From assembly GCA_050084985.1 (NCBI GenBank), contig JBITNC010000001.1, positions 72,788,001-72,852,000 of the forward strand: a DNA stretch of 64,000 nucleotides, given 5' to 3'. Positions 51,797 through 64,000 of the stretch are shown here, in pieces. Each line of letters begins with the position of its first letter. The first letter of the stretch is position 1. The notes under the pieces were generated by a model. The model was not told the origin of the DNA. It did not search any database and saw only the letters and a program-made list of their open reading frames with translations. Position numbers and translations under genes: made by a program. This DNA comes from Nageia nagi (Eukaryota > Plantae > Pinophyta).

Positions 51797-53134
51797 AGTA
51801 ATTTAATGTCTCATGGTTTGAATTCCTTTCGATGTTTTTTTATTTCAATGAATCTGATTCCCTCAAATGGATACACACCTTCCTCCTATTATGATACCTT
51901 TTAGATTTATTATATTGTAAGAATATTGTTGAGCATTAAATGCTAAAATATCTAATCCTTTGATTGATGCAAATCTATTTTTGTACTTCTTTATGGATGC
52001 CCATTTCTCTCTCTAAACATTATGGGCACCTCTTTATGTTCTTTGTTGACTTCTTTGATTGGATATAAAATTCATTAGTTCTTGTGGAGTCTCTAACACT
52101 CCACTTAGGGACTTGATTTCCCATTTTGTAGATTATTTTGATATAATGTTATGCTACTAATTTTTTGGTAGAATATTAAGCATTCATATTTTCTCTGTAA
52201 TATCTTATGGCTATGTGGTGTATTTTCTCTTTTTAAAGTGTGTATGCATGAGAAAACACTTTCATATCTTCATAGAAAAATTTTTTTCTCTATTATGAGA
52301 TGATATTTATATATTTGGGATCATTTTAGCTATATTTTTACTTGTTTGTTTATCATTTTGAGCAAAATTTGTTTATTTTTTATGATTCTATCAAACTACC
52401 TTGTTTTGAATTAGTTTACTTTTGGGAGCTAGAGCTTTCATTCTAGATATATATTTTATGTTATTAATTTTTGGTTATAAATTTTGTTTTAATACCTTTC
52501 AAACCATATATAACACACCTTATTTCATTGGTGTATCATACTCATACATCATAAAATACAAACCTTCTCTTTCATAGCTTTGCTCAGTGTGCTCTATGAA
52601 TCTTTTTCTTTGACTCACTTTTGACCCTATATTCCTCCTTAAAATTTTCCCAAAACTTTATTATTGGATATATAATTTCAATTTGATAATTTTTATGTAT
52701 AATAGTGATATGTTTCATTAAGATTTGATAAATTTACATCCCTCCAAAGTTGGCCTTCAAAACTAGTCAAATTTTTTCCAAACTTTGAGTTTTCCTAAAA
52801 ATTTCAACTTTGTCAGAATTTTGAAAACATTTAAGTGTGAAAAACCTAGAAAAACTCTAGCTAAGTTATTTTTTCAACTTTTGACAAGTTCTAGTTGAAA
52901 AATTACTCCCAAAACTCTAGCATTTTTATTTTGTACTCTTTTTAAGTTTGATAAAATTCTTTTATATTTGGAAACTTCAAATTCACTTTCTACGAGATTC
53001 AAAAGTCCATTTTAGGTGTGTGAGTAATTGTTGGAAAGGTATTTTTATATTCTATTAAAATGTTAGATTAAATTTTATTTTTATATATTTTATTTATATA
53101 AGTTTTCTTAAAATTATAGAATATCAAATCTTCA
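51794..53134 (+). repeat. 5' LTR of copia C
   Basis: TAAAGTAATTTAATGTCTC...CAAATCTTCA, colinear with 57010-58352. Confidence 0.92.
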
Positions 53135-53135
53135 T

Positions 53136-53148
53136 TGGTATTAGAGCC
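53136..53148 (+). promoter_or_regulatory. PBS, tRNA-iMet
   Basis: TGGTATTAGAGCC, 1 nt after the LTR. Confidence 0.9.
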
Positions 53149-53168
53149 ATATAATCTATTGGGTTAAA

Positions 53169-56100
53169 ATGGATCCAAAGAATGAAAATTCTTTGCAATT
53201 GCAAACTCTTGTATTAAGTGGAGAACAATATGAATATTGTACCATATATATGAGTATATTTTAATATCATAACATTTATGGAATCTTTTTTCTTAGGGAT
53301 ATGTTGAACCTAATGTTGTAGCATTTGCTACACTTACAGCAGATGAAAGAAAGGATCTCTTGGAGACTCAAAAGAAGAATGCCAAAGCTTTTTTGCTATA
53401 CAAAGTGGGATAGATGTTACCATATTTCCTAAAATTACAAAATGCAAATTCTCTAAGGTTTCATGGGATACTCTTGAGAGTGCTTTCAAGGGATCAATTA
53501 GAGTCAAAGTAGCCAAACTATAGATTTTGTGAAAGGAATTTGAATCTCTTCAAATGGGAGATGATGAGACTATTGAACTCTTTATGAATAGAGTTAAATA
53601 TTTAGTGAATGCACTTCATTCACATGGTAAGCATATTAAAGATACCTAGATTATTAAAAAGGTGTTGATAATCCTTCCTCGTAAGTTTGATCCTCCCCCC
53701 ATTGCTATTGAGGAATCAAAGGACATAACTCAACTCACTCTCCTAGTACTACTTGGTAGCTTGCAAACATATAAGCATAGAATCTAGGATAGAGTTGAGA
53801 ACATAGACTAAGAATTCCAAGGCAAACTTTAGATAAATGATTAGACTTCTACTTCCTCTAGTTCAAAATATACTTCAAGAGGTTGTGTTAGAGGTCACAA
53901 TGGTAGAGGCCATGGAAGAAGTGGTCATGGTAGAGGAAGAGGTCGATCAACCAATCAAAGCCAGAACTCAACCCTTAGCATTATGAATTTTGTGAAAAGG
54001 ATGGTCACACATAGAAGTATTTCTTCCAAAAGGAGTAAAAATCCAACTATACTAATGAGCATGATATTTATAATATTTTCTTAACCCATAATAACTTTGA
54101 ATTTGTTGATGAAAAAAATAATTTACTCAACTTGAAGAAAATGCTTCTAAAAAGTCTAATTTGATGGTAATAATCAAGTTGACATTGTTAGTAAGGGTAC
54201 TATTACTTTTAAAGAAAATATTGATAAGATCATGCATACGCATGGCACTTTGTATGTTCCTATCTTAAACCATAATATTCTTAGTATTGGATAGATGAGC
54301 TTGAAAGACTATTATTTAGTGTCCCAGAAGAATACCTACATCATCACCAATGAGGCCAATTGGTAAGTTATTATAAAAATTCTCATGTATAACAATTGTA
54401 TGTATATATTGAAGATGCAACTGTGGAAATCAAATTCTTGAAATACACTACTTATCCTTCTTGGTTGTGGCATCGAATATGTAGTCACATTAATTTTGAC
54501 TCACTTCATGAACTACCTAAGCTTGTAAGAGGTATGCCAACCTTCTCACCACCCCCTGACACTTTGTGTGAGAGTTGTATTTTTTAAAAATAGCATAGAG
54601 AGAAATTTTCCTCCCACCCACACTATGCAAAGGCACCTTTGGAGTTGGTTCATGTTGATATATGTGGACCTATGCAAACTCCCACTTTGGCCAAGTGTAG
54701 GTATATGCTTATTTTTACTAATGATTATTCTTGAATGATTTTGTTGTATTTGTTGCAAACCAAATTAGATGTCTTTGATACTTTTTTCAAGTTTGAGGCA
54801 CTTGTTGAGAAGTAGTTTAACTACCATGTCAAGAAGTTTTGAATATACCATGGTGATGAATTCACTTCAAATAAGTACAAAGAATTCTACCAGGAATATG
54901 GGATAAAGTAGTAGTATACAACTACGTAAACTTCATAACAAATGGAGTGAATGAGAGGAAGAACCAAAATGTCACTAAAATGGCTCAGAGCATGCTTAAG
55001 GATATGGGCATGGATAACAAATTATGGGGGAATGTTATGGATACTATTGTCTATATTTTAAATCATTTCCCAACAAAATTATGTAGAATTCAACTCCCTA
55101 TGAGGCTTGGTTTGGAAGAAACCCAATCTCTTACATGTATTAATCTTTGGCTCTACCTATTAAATGTATCTTTATGGGATACTCTGATGAGTCCAAAGCT
55201 TATCAGTGCTATGATCCAATTTTTTGAAAGTTACATATCATTCAAGATGTGTTCTTTCATGAAGGGGGATCATATAAGCATGATTCTGATGCCCTCGACA
55301 TCACTTTAATGATTGAAGACTCTAGTTCATATGATTTGGTTAAGCCTTTGTAGCCTCAACAACCCAACCTCCTTATGGTTCAAACTCCTTCCAAGAGAAG
55401 GATTTCTAGGGATTATCTATAATCTCAAATATTAGATAAGGATTTTAGCAAAAGAGTGACCTAACAACAAGTAAGGGGGTGATCAAATCACTAATTATGC
55501 CTTGATATTCTCTTTTCTTATTGAGTCTTCTAACTTTAAGAAGCTACTACAAATATAGATTAAAAAAGGCCATGGAGGATGAAATTGAGTGGATCTAGAA
55601 GAATGACTCTTGGAATCTTGTGCATCCTTTAAAGAACCAAAATGTTATTGGAGTCAAATGGATCTATAATCTTAAGCACAATATTGATGGTAGCATTTCT
55701 AAACATAAGGCTCAACTTGTAGCTAAGGGATATGTTCAAAAGGAAGGGCTTGATTATGAATAAACATTTGCACCTATTGCTAGACTTGAGATAATCCATT
55801 CTCTTCTTGCTCCTACATTCCATGTTGGTCTCACTTTATACAAATAGATGTCAAGTTTACCTTCCTTAATGGAGACTTAGAGAAAAAGTGTATACACATC
55901 AACCCCAAGGATGCCTATTGCTATCCATGAAGATAAAGTGTACAAACTAAAGAAAGCTCTTTATAGAATCAAGTAGGCACTAAGATCCTAGTATTCCTAG
56001 ATTGACACCTAATTTTGTTTAAATGGTTATTAGAGGTGATCCATAGAAGCTATCCTATACACTAAGGCATATGAACATGATTTCATCATCATTTGTTTAT

Positions 56101-57000
56101 ATGTTGATGATATTATCTTCATGAGCACTTCCTCTTCCATGTTGCATACTTTTAAAAATTCCATTATGTATGTAAGTTTAGCAATCATTTTCTATCATCT
56201 TCAACACTCAGTCTAAGTATGTTGATGACATGTTTTCTAGGTTTTCCATGAAGTATTGCAAACTTGTTGACACTCTCATAGTGCTAGGAAGCAAAATCAT
56301 GAAGGATTACTCTACTCCTCTTATTGATGCCACACTATATCAATTGCTTATTAATAGTCTTATGTATCTCATAACTACCCAATTGGATATCATGTATGCA
56401 GTTAGCCTTATAACTTGATTCATGCACTCTCCACATGAATCTCATTGGAATGTAGATAAGAGGATCCTCTACTACATCAATGGCATCAAATTCTTTGGTT
56501 TATGGTATAAATCCACTAATTCTAAAATCCTTAAAGCCTACACAGATGTTGAATGGGTTGGAAGTCTTAATGATAGGAAAAGTACCTTTGTTATATTTTC
56601 TTCTTTTTTAACTCTCTTATCTCATGGAATAGGAATAAGCAATAGACTATTACTCTTTCCACTATTGAAGTAGAATGTATAGTTACCTCTACTATTTCAA
56701 CTCAAGGTATTTGGATGATCAATTATTTGAATACCTAGGAATGGCACCTCCCATGCCCATCCCCAATCATTGTGATAACACCAACACCATTGATATAACC
56801 AATAATCCAATGTTTCATAGTAGGATTAAGGATATCAGCATCCACCATTATTTTATGTGAGACCTAGTGACAAATGGATTCATTGAATTTACATTTTATA
56901 AGTTTGAAGATCAACTTACCAATATTTTAACCAAGATTATACCTAAGGATTGACTCTTTAGTCTCCAAAATCAACTTGGAATTCAACCCATTTACATTAA
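53169..57000 (+). pseudogene. gag-pol: copia gag-pol polyprotein, disrupted and partly deleted
   Basis: EFESLQM..DETI; AIEESKD; WLWHR; PLELVHVDICGP; NGVNERKN; IGVKWIY; AQLVAKGY; LYVDDI; YTDVEWVGS..DRKST; CDN; NPMFHSRIKDI. Confidence 0.93.
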
Positions 57001-57009
57001 GAGGGATAA

Positions 57010-58352
57010 TGAAGGAATTTAATATCTCATGGTTTGAATTCCTTTTGATATTTTTTTATTCTAGCATATCTGATTCCCTCTAATGGCTACTCACCATTTA
57101 CCTACCATTACACCTACAAATTTATTACATTGAAGGAATATTAATGAGTACTAAGTTATTAAAGAACTAATACTTTGATTAAGATATATATTATTTTTAC
57201 TTCTTTATGGACGTCCATACCTCTCTCTAAACATTATGTGTGCTTCTTTATGTTCTTTATTGACTTCTCTAATTGGATATGCAATCTATAAATTCTTGTG
57301 GAGTCTCTAACACTCCACTTTTATCTTATATAAATAGGGAATTTTTTCTCATTTTGTAGATTACTTTTGATATAATGTTATGCTACTAATTTTTTGGTAG
57401 AATATAAAACATTCATATTTGCTTTGCATACCTTATGGTTGTGTGGTGTGTTTTCTCTTTTCAAAGCTTATACATGAGAAAACACTTGAAAATATTTATA
57501 TGAGTATAATGTATCTATTATAATGTGATATTTCTCTATTTGTGGTTATTTTAGCTATATGGGTACTTTTTGTTTCTCATTTTAAGCAATATTTTTGATA
57601 TTTTTGTGATTCTATCAAACTATCTTATTTTGGATTAGTTTGATTTTTGAGGCTAGAAATTTCATTTTAGATCTTTATTTTATATCATTCCTTTTTAGTT
57701 TAAAATATTATCTCAATACCTTTCCAACTATATATAACATGCCTTATTCCATTGGCATATCACACTTATAAATCACAAAATACAACCCTACTCTTTCATA
57801 GCCTTATTTAGTGTGGTCTATGAGTCTTTTTCTTTGAGCTCACTTTTGACTCTCCCCAAAACTTCTTCAATAGATAAATAATTTCATTATTATCATTTTC
57901 ATGGGCCATAATGCTATATCTTATTAATATATAGTAAAATTATAATCATATAGATTAGGCCCTAGAAATCAATCAAATTTTTTCAAAACTTTAAGTTTTC
58001 CTAGAAATTTCAACTTTGTCAGAATTTTGGTAGAATTTAAGCACCCAAAACCTAGAAAAACTTTGATGAAATTAGTTTTTTCTATTTTTTGAAGTTTTGG
58101 CAAGTTTTAACAAATAAAAACTCCTATAACTTTGGCATTTTCATTTTGCACTATTTTTAGAGGTTCAAAAAAGTTATTTTACATCCAAAAACTTCATATT
58201 CACTTTTTGGGAGATTTGGAAGTCCATTTTAGGCATGTGAGTAACTTAGAAAGGTATTTTCATCCTGTATCCAATTTCAAGGTTAAATTCATGTTTTAGG
58301 ATATCTTTAAGTTATTTAATATTACCTAAAATTATAAAATACCAAATCTTCA
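57010..58352 (+). repeat. 3' LTR of copia C
   Basis: TGAAGGAATTTAATATCTC...CAAATCTTCA, preceded by the PPT at 56999-57009. Confidence 0.93.
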
Positions 58353-58722
58353 ACCTAACCCTAACCTTACTAACTAAAAAACCTTAACCCTAACTGTAAA
58401 CTCTTAAAAATCTTATACCCTAAACCTTAAAACCCTTAAGCCTTTAAACCTTAAACTTTGAATGTTAAAAACTCTATATCCCTAAATTCATAAAACCATA
58501 AACCATACACCCTAAATTGTAAACCCCTAAACCCTAAAATCTTAAATCCTTAAACCCTAAAACCCTAAACCTTTAAACCAAATAAATCTAGTCTAAGTCA
58601 ATTTTACTAACCATAATTTTGATCTGAGTTAAAGTTTTAGGGTTATGGTTATCATTTAGGGTTAGGGTTAGGTTAGTGTTAGTGGTAAGAGTTAAGGGTG
58701 AGCATTTAGGGTTAGGATTAGT
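58353..58722. repeat. Degenerate telomere-like repeats (CCCTAA/CCCTAAA, then TTAGGG)
   Basis: AACCCTAA/ACCCTAAA units to about 58580; TTTAGGGTTAGGGTTAGG at 58635-58722. Confidence 0.85.
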
Positions 58723-59139
58723 GTACATAAATATATTTTTAAATATGGAATAATGTACAATGTATTCTATGATTTAAAAATTAATGATAATCATGAGCTC
58801 ATATATTTCTTAATATTATTATTGCATGGGGTGATCGATAATTAAGCTAAGAGGAATTTTATGTTTAATTTTTTGGTTCTTGGCATGGTAGTTAATGTCA
58901 TTGGTCAACGGTTGATGGACATAATCATTATAAGAATTATTTCCATTATCTTTTCATTTTTTTTTACTAACCTAAGTGATATTTTTAAGAAACAAATTCA
59001 AATTTTTATTATTAAGTCTAACCAGTTGTAATATAAGTTAAATTTTTACTAACTTAAGCCTAACCTATATTATATATTTACTAACCTAAGTCATATTTTA
59101 AAGAAGCTAATTCATATTTATATTAGTTTAAATTTAACA

Positions 59140-59640
59140 CTACAACTTAAACCCCAAAAAATGTAATACCCTAAACTCCATAAACCACTCTTAACTTAAA
59201 CCCTTAAGCCTTAAACTATAAACCCTAAACCTTAAAACCCTTAAGCCTTTAAACTATAAACCCTAAACTTTGAAACCTAAGCCCTAAAATCATAAAACCT
59301 TAAATCTTAAATCCTAAACCTTAAACATAAACCCTTAAAATCCTAAAACCTTAAACCTTAAAATCTTAAGCCCTTAAACTATAAATCTAAAACCCTAAAT
59401 ATTATAATCCTAAATGCTAAACCATTAAGCCCTCAAACTTTAAACCTTATACCTTAAAACCCTAAATGTTAAATTTGTAAAATCATAAACCCTTAAACCT
59501 TAAAATCATAAATCATAAATTCTAAAAACCTTAGTCAAAACCCTAAACCCTTAAACCCTAAAAACCATATACCCAACCCCTAAACCCTTTAAATCGATAA
59601 ACCCATAACCCTAAACCCTTGTAAAACTATAAATCCTTAA
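59140..59640. repeat. Degenerate CCCTAAA-type 7-8 bp tandem repeat
   Basis: Many AAACCCTAAA / AACCTTAAA variants. Confidence 0.9.
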
Positions 59641-59739
59641 TCTTGAAGTAACATTTTTAACATTAAGTAAAATATTTAAAACTAATATTAACATTTAAAA
59701 ATTAATTATAATTAATTAATTTAAAGCATCTAAGGTTTT

Positions 59740-61116
59740 CTACTTGCTTGCAATTTTAGCATACCACCTTTTCAAACCTTCTTTAAGTCCATATTTGCTT
59801 TCATCCTTTGTTGGAAGGTGATCATATCTAATAACTATAAAAACTTTAATAAATATTTAATTATGTGAAGTATAAATATTAAAGAATTCATTAAATTTAG
59901 TATATATACTAACAAACATGGCATTCAACCCTTATTTCCTATAGACACATACAATCTGTACCCACATATAATGATATGAAAAATTCATGTGCCCATGAAG
60001 AGTTTTACTGCTATGAGGGTTCTTGTGTGGTTGCATGATGCTCCTTAATTGCATTCACTTTTGACACTAACTATTTCCATACTTTTGGATCAAATAGCCT
60101 TTCTATGGTAATTTATATACTTGACTAGGTCAAGAGACTTTATGATGTTCCTATATTGGTCTCTTTTCCAATTTAAGATCCTTCCTACCATGCTAGTGAA
60201 ATTCTACATTAAACCCATCTCCAAAATCTTTTCTAAGAGTGCTTATAAATGTTTTTTACCTACAAAATGCATAATTATAAAAATTAGTTTTTAATTTTTT
60301 AGAAAATAATATTTTTACATGGGTAATAAATTTTTTCAAAATATTATTAGTAATAATATAAAAAAATGTACTTGCTATCATTTTTTGATTTTCAATCAAG
60401 ATCTAAAGTCTTTAAAAAAATTGGGTTCATACTTCTTTAGATGTTCATAAAACACTTTCACTATAAAATATTAGTAAATTATTATATTACAAATATATAT
60501 TTCCATGTATTTATTTTCAAACATAAATGTATTTATTTCATGTAGTCTTTCATTCTAATTACTTCATTATCAGTTTCACTATCTCAACTCAAGTGAATCG
60601 ATCAATAGGAGGAAGGTAGGAGTTCTTGATTCACTAACTCTATAGTTTCAATACTCATGTCACCTTTACCAAATTTTTAATTAATCATTTTAGCAAAATG
60701 AATAAGAAATTAAAAAATAATAATAATTAAAATATTTCTAAAATTTTATTCATGGAGGAAAAATATTACCATGTGAAGTGGTTGGAGGCAATGATGAGAT
60801 GGTACGTCAACTGGGACTAGCTGCATGAAAGGTCCCAATACCTTGCACCCTATCCATTTCTTTTTTTGTTAATATTTTAGTAGCTTGTTTCAACACTTAA
60901 GTGTTTCCATATTTAAAAAAAATAAATAAAAAATATTATTTATCTTACAAAATAAGTAGCATTAAAGAAAATATTTTGATAATAAAATAGTACATAGTAA
61001 TACTTACATATGTTTTTTTATCAATTTCAAGTTATGTTGATGTTTCTTTTCATTTTTTCATGGATCCTCTCTTCATACTCATTATACCTCTTCCTCTCAC
61101 CCCCTTCATTGCTCAT
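59740..61116 (-). pseudogene. Spliced TnpA-like gene remnant of the CACTA element
   Basis: GC-richer exon-like blocks (about 59740-59833, 59920-60259, 60370-60460, 60540-60670, 60770-60900, 61008-61116) separated by AT-rich introns, with minus-strand acceptors (plus CTACAAAAT, CTATAAAA) and donors (plus ACTTAC, TTACC). Confidence 0.45.
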
Positions 61117-61279
61117 GATAATATATAAATAAATAAAATAAATAACCTATTAATAAACATATAATTAATAATACCCTTTAAAATTTTAAAATTTTTAAAA
61201 TCAATAATTTAAAACAAAAATAATCTATTTAAAAATATTTAAATATATTTAAAAACTTAAAAACATTAAAATCATTACA

Positions 61280-61500
61280 TGTAAAAATTTAGGTTAAATA
61301 GAGGGGGGGTTTAAAAAATTTAGGTTAGGGGGTGTTTAAAAATGTAGGTAAAAGGAGGTTAAAAAAATTAGGTAAGGGGGTGAGAGGTTAAGAATTTAGG
61401 TTAGAGGTTGGGCATTGAAAACTTTATTATAGGGGGGTTACAAAAATTAGGTTAGAAGGGGGTAGTTAAAAAAATTTGGATAGAGGGGTTAAAAATTTAG
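61280..61500. repeat. G-rich repeat (AAAATTTAGGTTAGAGGGGG-like, about 25-30 bp unit)
   Basis: Recurring AATTTAGGTTA...GGGG..TTAAAAA. Confidence 0.75.
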
Positions 61501-62150
61501 ATGTATTAAGTTATATTAAATTTTTAAAATTTAGGGTTGTTATATTAAATTTAAATTAATTACTAAATTATATTAAATTTTAAATTTATCATATTAAATT
61601 TATTAATCAAGTTAGTTATGAAGATAAAAAATAACATATTTTAAAAAATTATTAAAAAAATATATGTTAAAAATTATGTTTTAAAAATATGAAAAAAAAG
61701 TAAATTATATATAACTCATTTTAGTGTTTTATTTTCTAATGCTTATTACAAAGATTAAGATTGGAGAAGGTAATTTTTTCCTAATTTTTATCTAATTGAT
61801 TTTCTACATGTTTTCTTATAGTATTTTCAAAATTTATTTGGTTTTGGCTAGGATTTTTAGTAAAAAAAATTCAAAATTGGAAAAAAACCCTAGAGTTCTT
61901 TTTGAATTTTATATTTTTTACCAAGAATTTTGAAAATACATAGTGTTTTTACCAATTTCTCTAAAAACCCTATAAATTTGTAAAAACATTTAGGATTTTT
62001 ACCAATTTTTAAAGAATTTTGTTTAAAAACCCTAAGGTTTTTTCTAAATTTTATAGGATTTTTGATAAACTTAAACTAATTCAAATAAACTCAAATGGAG
62101 CTTAAATACAGTAATAGAGATATATAATTGAATAGGAGCAACTCAAATAA

Positions 62151-64000
62151 TGTAGGAAAAATAGTATTATAGAGTATGAACTTCAGATATGAAGCTTCAT
62201 CAATACTACAATGGACTACTAAGTTGCAAAATAGGGAAAACTCCATTAACATACTACATACCATGAAAAAGACTAATTGAATTACCAACTATCTAACATA
62301 GTAACTGATACCAAAAAGTAATACACATATTGTATGCTTTAGGGAAACCAAGAATACAAAGAAAAAATACTCAAGAACTCAAAATAAATACCTCAAGATT
62401 GAGAGTTACAAGTTAGTACAAATCTAGGTCCAACCAATGGGGTGCAGACTAGTTGGAAAAGCCTAACTAGTTGGATGAGGATCAGTTGATATTTGGAGGT
62501 TGATTGGTCATTTGGCTAGTCATTTTGTAGTGTACTAATTGGTCAATGAACTCTATAGGCATTCAAATTGCCTCAAGATATGTGCTAAGTTTCCAACATT
62601 CTCCCTCTTGATGCAAAGGGAAATCACCATGTAGTCTTTGAGCATCATATATTGAGCCTTGATAACACCTTTCATGAAGATATTAGCTAAATCGATCTTG
62701 GTGTTGTAATATTGAAGCTCAATATGTTCCTTCTCCACCATGTCACATATGAAATGATACTTCAATTGAAAATGCTTTGACCTACTATGGTGGATGGGAT
62801 TTTGTGACAACTAAATAGCACTTTGATTATCATAGTAAAAAATTATTGGTCTATGTTTTTTCTCACCAATTTTATCAAGCAACTTCTTCAACCATAATAT
62901 TTGAGCATTGGCTGTTGTAAGAGCAATGTATTTTTGCTTCATAAGAAGAAAGAGATATTATAGATTGCTTCTTGGAACTCCATGTAGTTAGACTTGAACC
63001 AAGTGAGAAACATTATCCAAAAATGGATTTCTTGTCATCTAAATTACTTCCCTAGTCACTATCATTAAAACCAACTAGTTCCATCTTCTCCACATGAGAA
63101 TAATGGAGACCATAATTAATGGTGCCTATAACATATTTGAGAATACATTTTTCAACCTTCATAAGTAAAATTGAGGGATCATTCATATATCTAGACACCA
63201 TTGAGATAAAAAATTGAATATCAAGCCTAGTGTTTCAAACAAACATGAAACTACCTATAATGCTCCTAAATTAGATTACACTTATTTTTTGAGCACCATC
63301 ATCTTTGCAAAGTAACTCTCCATGAGCTACAGGATTTAAAATAGTAGTACAATTATCCATGCCATATTTTGTGAGCATGTATCTTTCATATATTCTTTGG
63401 AAAATAAAAATCTATATTTGACATGGGTGTACCTCCATGCCAAGAAAATACCTCATAAGGCTTAGATCTTGCATATCAAACTCATTCATCAAATTAGTTT
63501 TGAATGTATTATTCAATATGGAATCACTTCCCATATAAATCAAATCATCAACATAAAGAGAAAAGAGTAAAATCTAATTACCTTCTCTCTTGATATTGAG
63601 TGTTGGCTCATTCTTGCTCCTCATGAGCCCAAACCTTTGGAAGTATCCACCAATTGGGGTGTACCAAGCTCTTGGAGCTTGCTTGAGACCATACAAGACC
63701 TTCTTATGCTTGTACATATGCTGCTCTCTACCTTGTACTTGAAATACTTGAGGTTTCTACATATAAAACTCATCATATAAGTATCCATTTAAAAATGTAC
63801 ACTTTACATCCATGTGATATACACTCCAATGATTTTGGGAAGTCATTAAAAGAAGCATCCTTATTATTTCTTATCTTCCAACTAGTGCAAAAGTCTCCTA
63901 AAAATTCACACCATATTTTTTTGTGAAGCCTTTATAAACTAATCTTGCTTTATGTCTTTCTATTGTTCCATCACTATTATATTTAGTTTTGTACATCCAC
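62151..64000 (-). mobile_element. Element D: Ty1/copia 3' part (RT-RH, PPT, 3' LTR 62151-62598)
   Basis: QNPIHHSRSKHFQLKYHFI; LYVDDL; LYGLKQAPRAWY; MDVKCTFLNG; PPT AAGAGGGAGAA, then TGTTGGAAA...TTTCCTACA. Confidence 0.9.

Larger units (their letters stand above)
51794..58352 (+). mobile_element. Element C: full-length, degenerate Ty1/copia retrotransposon
   Basis: LTRs 51794-53134 and 57010-58352 (1341 and 1343 bp); PBS TGGTATTAGAGCC; gag-INT-RT-RH order; PPT AAGAGGGATAA. TSD ambiguous within the CCCTAA repeats. Confidence 0.93.
50504..62150 (-). mobile_element. CACTA (En/Spm) DNA transposon remnant; one terminus seen
   Basis: TIR CACTACTAGAAAATAGG at 50504; degenerate subterminal repeats at 50600-50850; a spliced TnpA-like exon series on the minus strand; telomere-like intronic repeats. 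Right boundary uncertain. Confidence 0.65.

Overview
AT-rich, strongly CpG/CHG-depleted plant heterochromatic DNA; the accessory ORF types suggest a gymnosperm-like seed plant (inference). I found no intact host gene. The window is a nest of decayed transposons: (1) two related pol-less Tat/Ogre-like Ty3/gypsy LTR elements on the minus strand (A, 1-9064; A', 37944-47564, complete with both LTRs and a CAAGG target-site duplication). Both have a tRNA-Trp PBS, Ogre-type gag and a ~190-bp palindrome-rich tandem array. A' carries an antisense Plant Mobile Domain (PMD) ORF; A lacks it but has two tandem gag ORFs. (2) Two divergently oriented L1-type LINEs, each interrupted by an LTR element. (3) A Tat/Ogre element with a tRNA-Asn PBS (14742 to the 100-N gap) and an Athila-like element (23159-31100). 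(4) Smaller gag, accessory-ORF and chromovirus remnants. (5) A SINE/TRIM-like element and a tRNA-Phe pseudogene. (6) A CACTA transposon with telomere-like repeats in its introns, hosting a complete Ty1/copia element (51794-58352), followed by a second copia 3' end (62151-64000). All coding regions are pseudogenised. Boundaries of decayed ORFs are approximate, and all calls come from visual motif recognition, not database searches.
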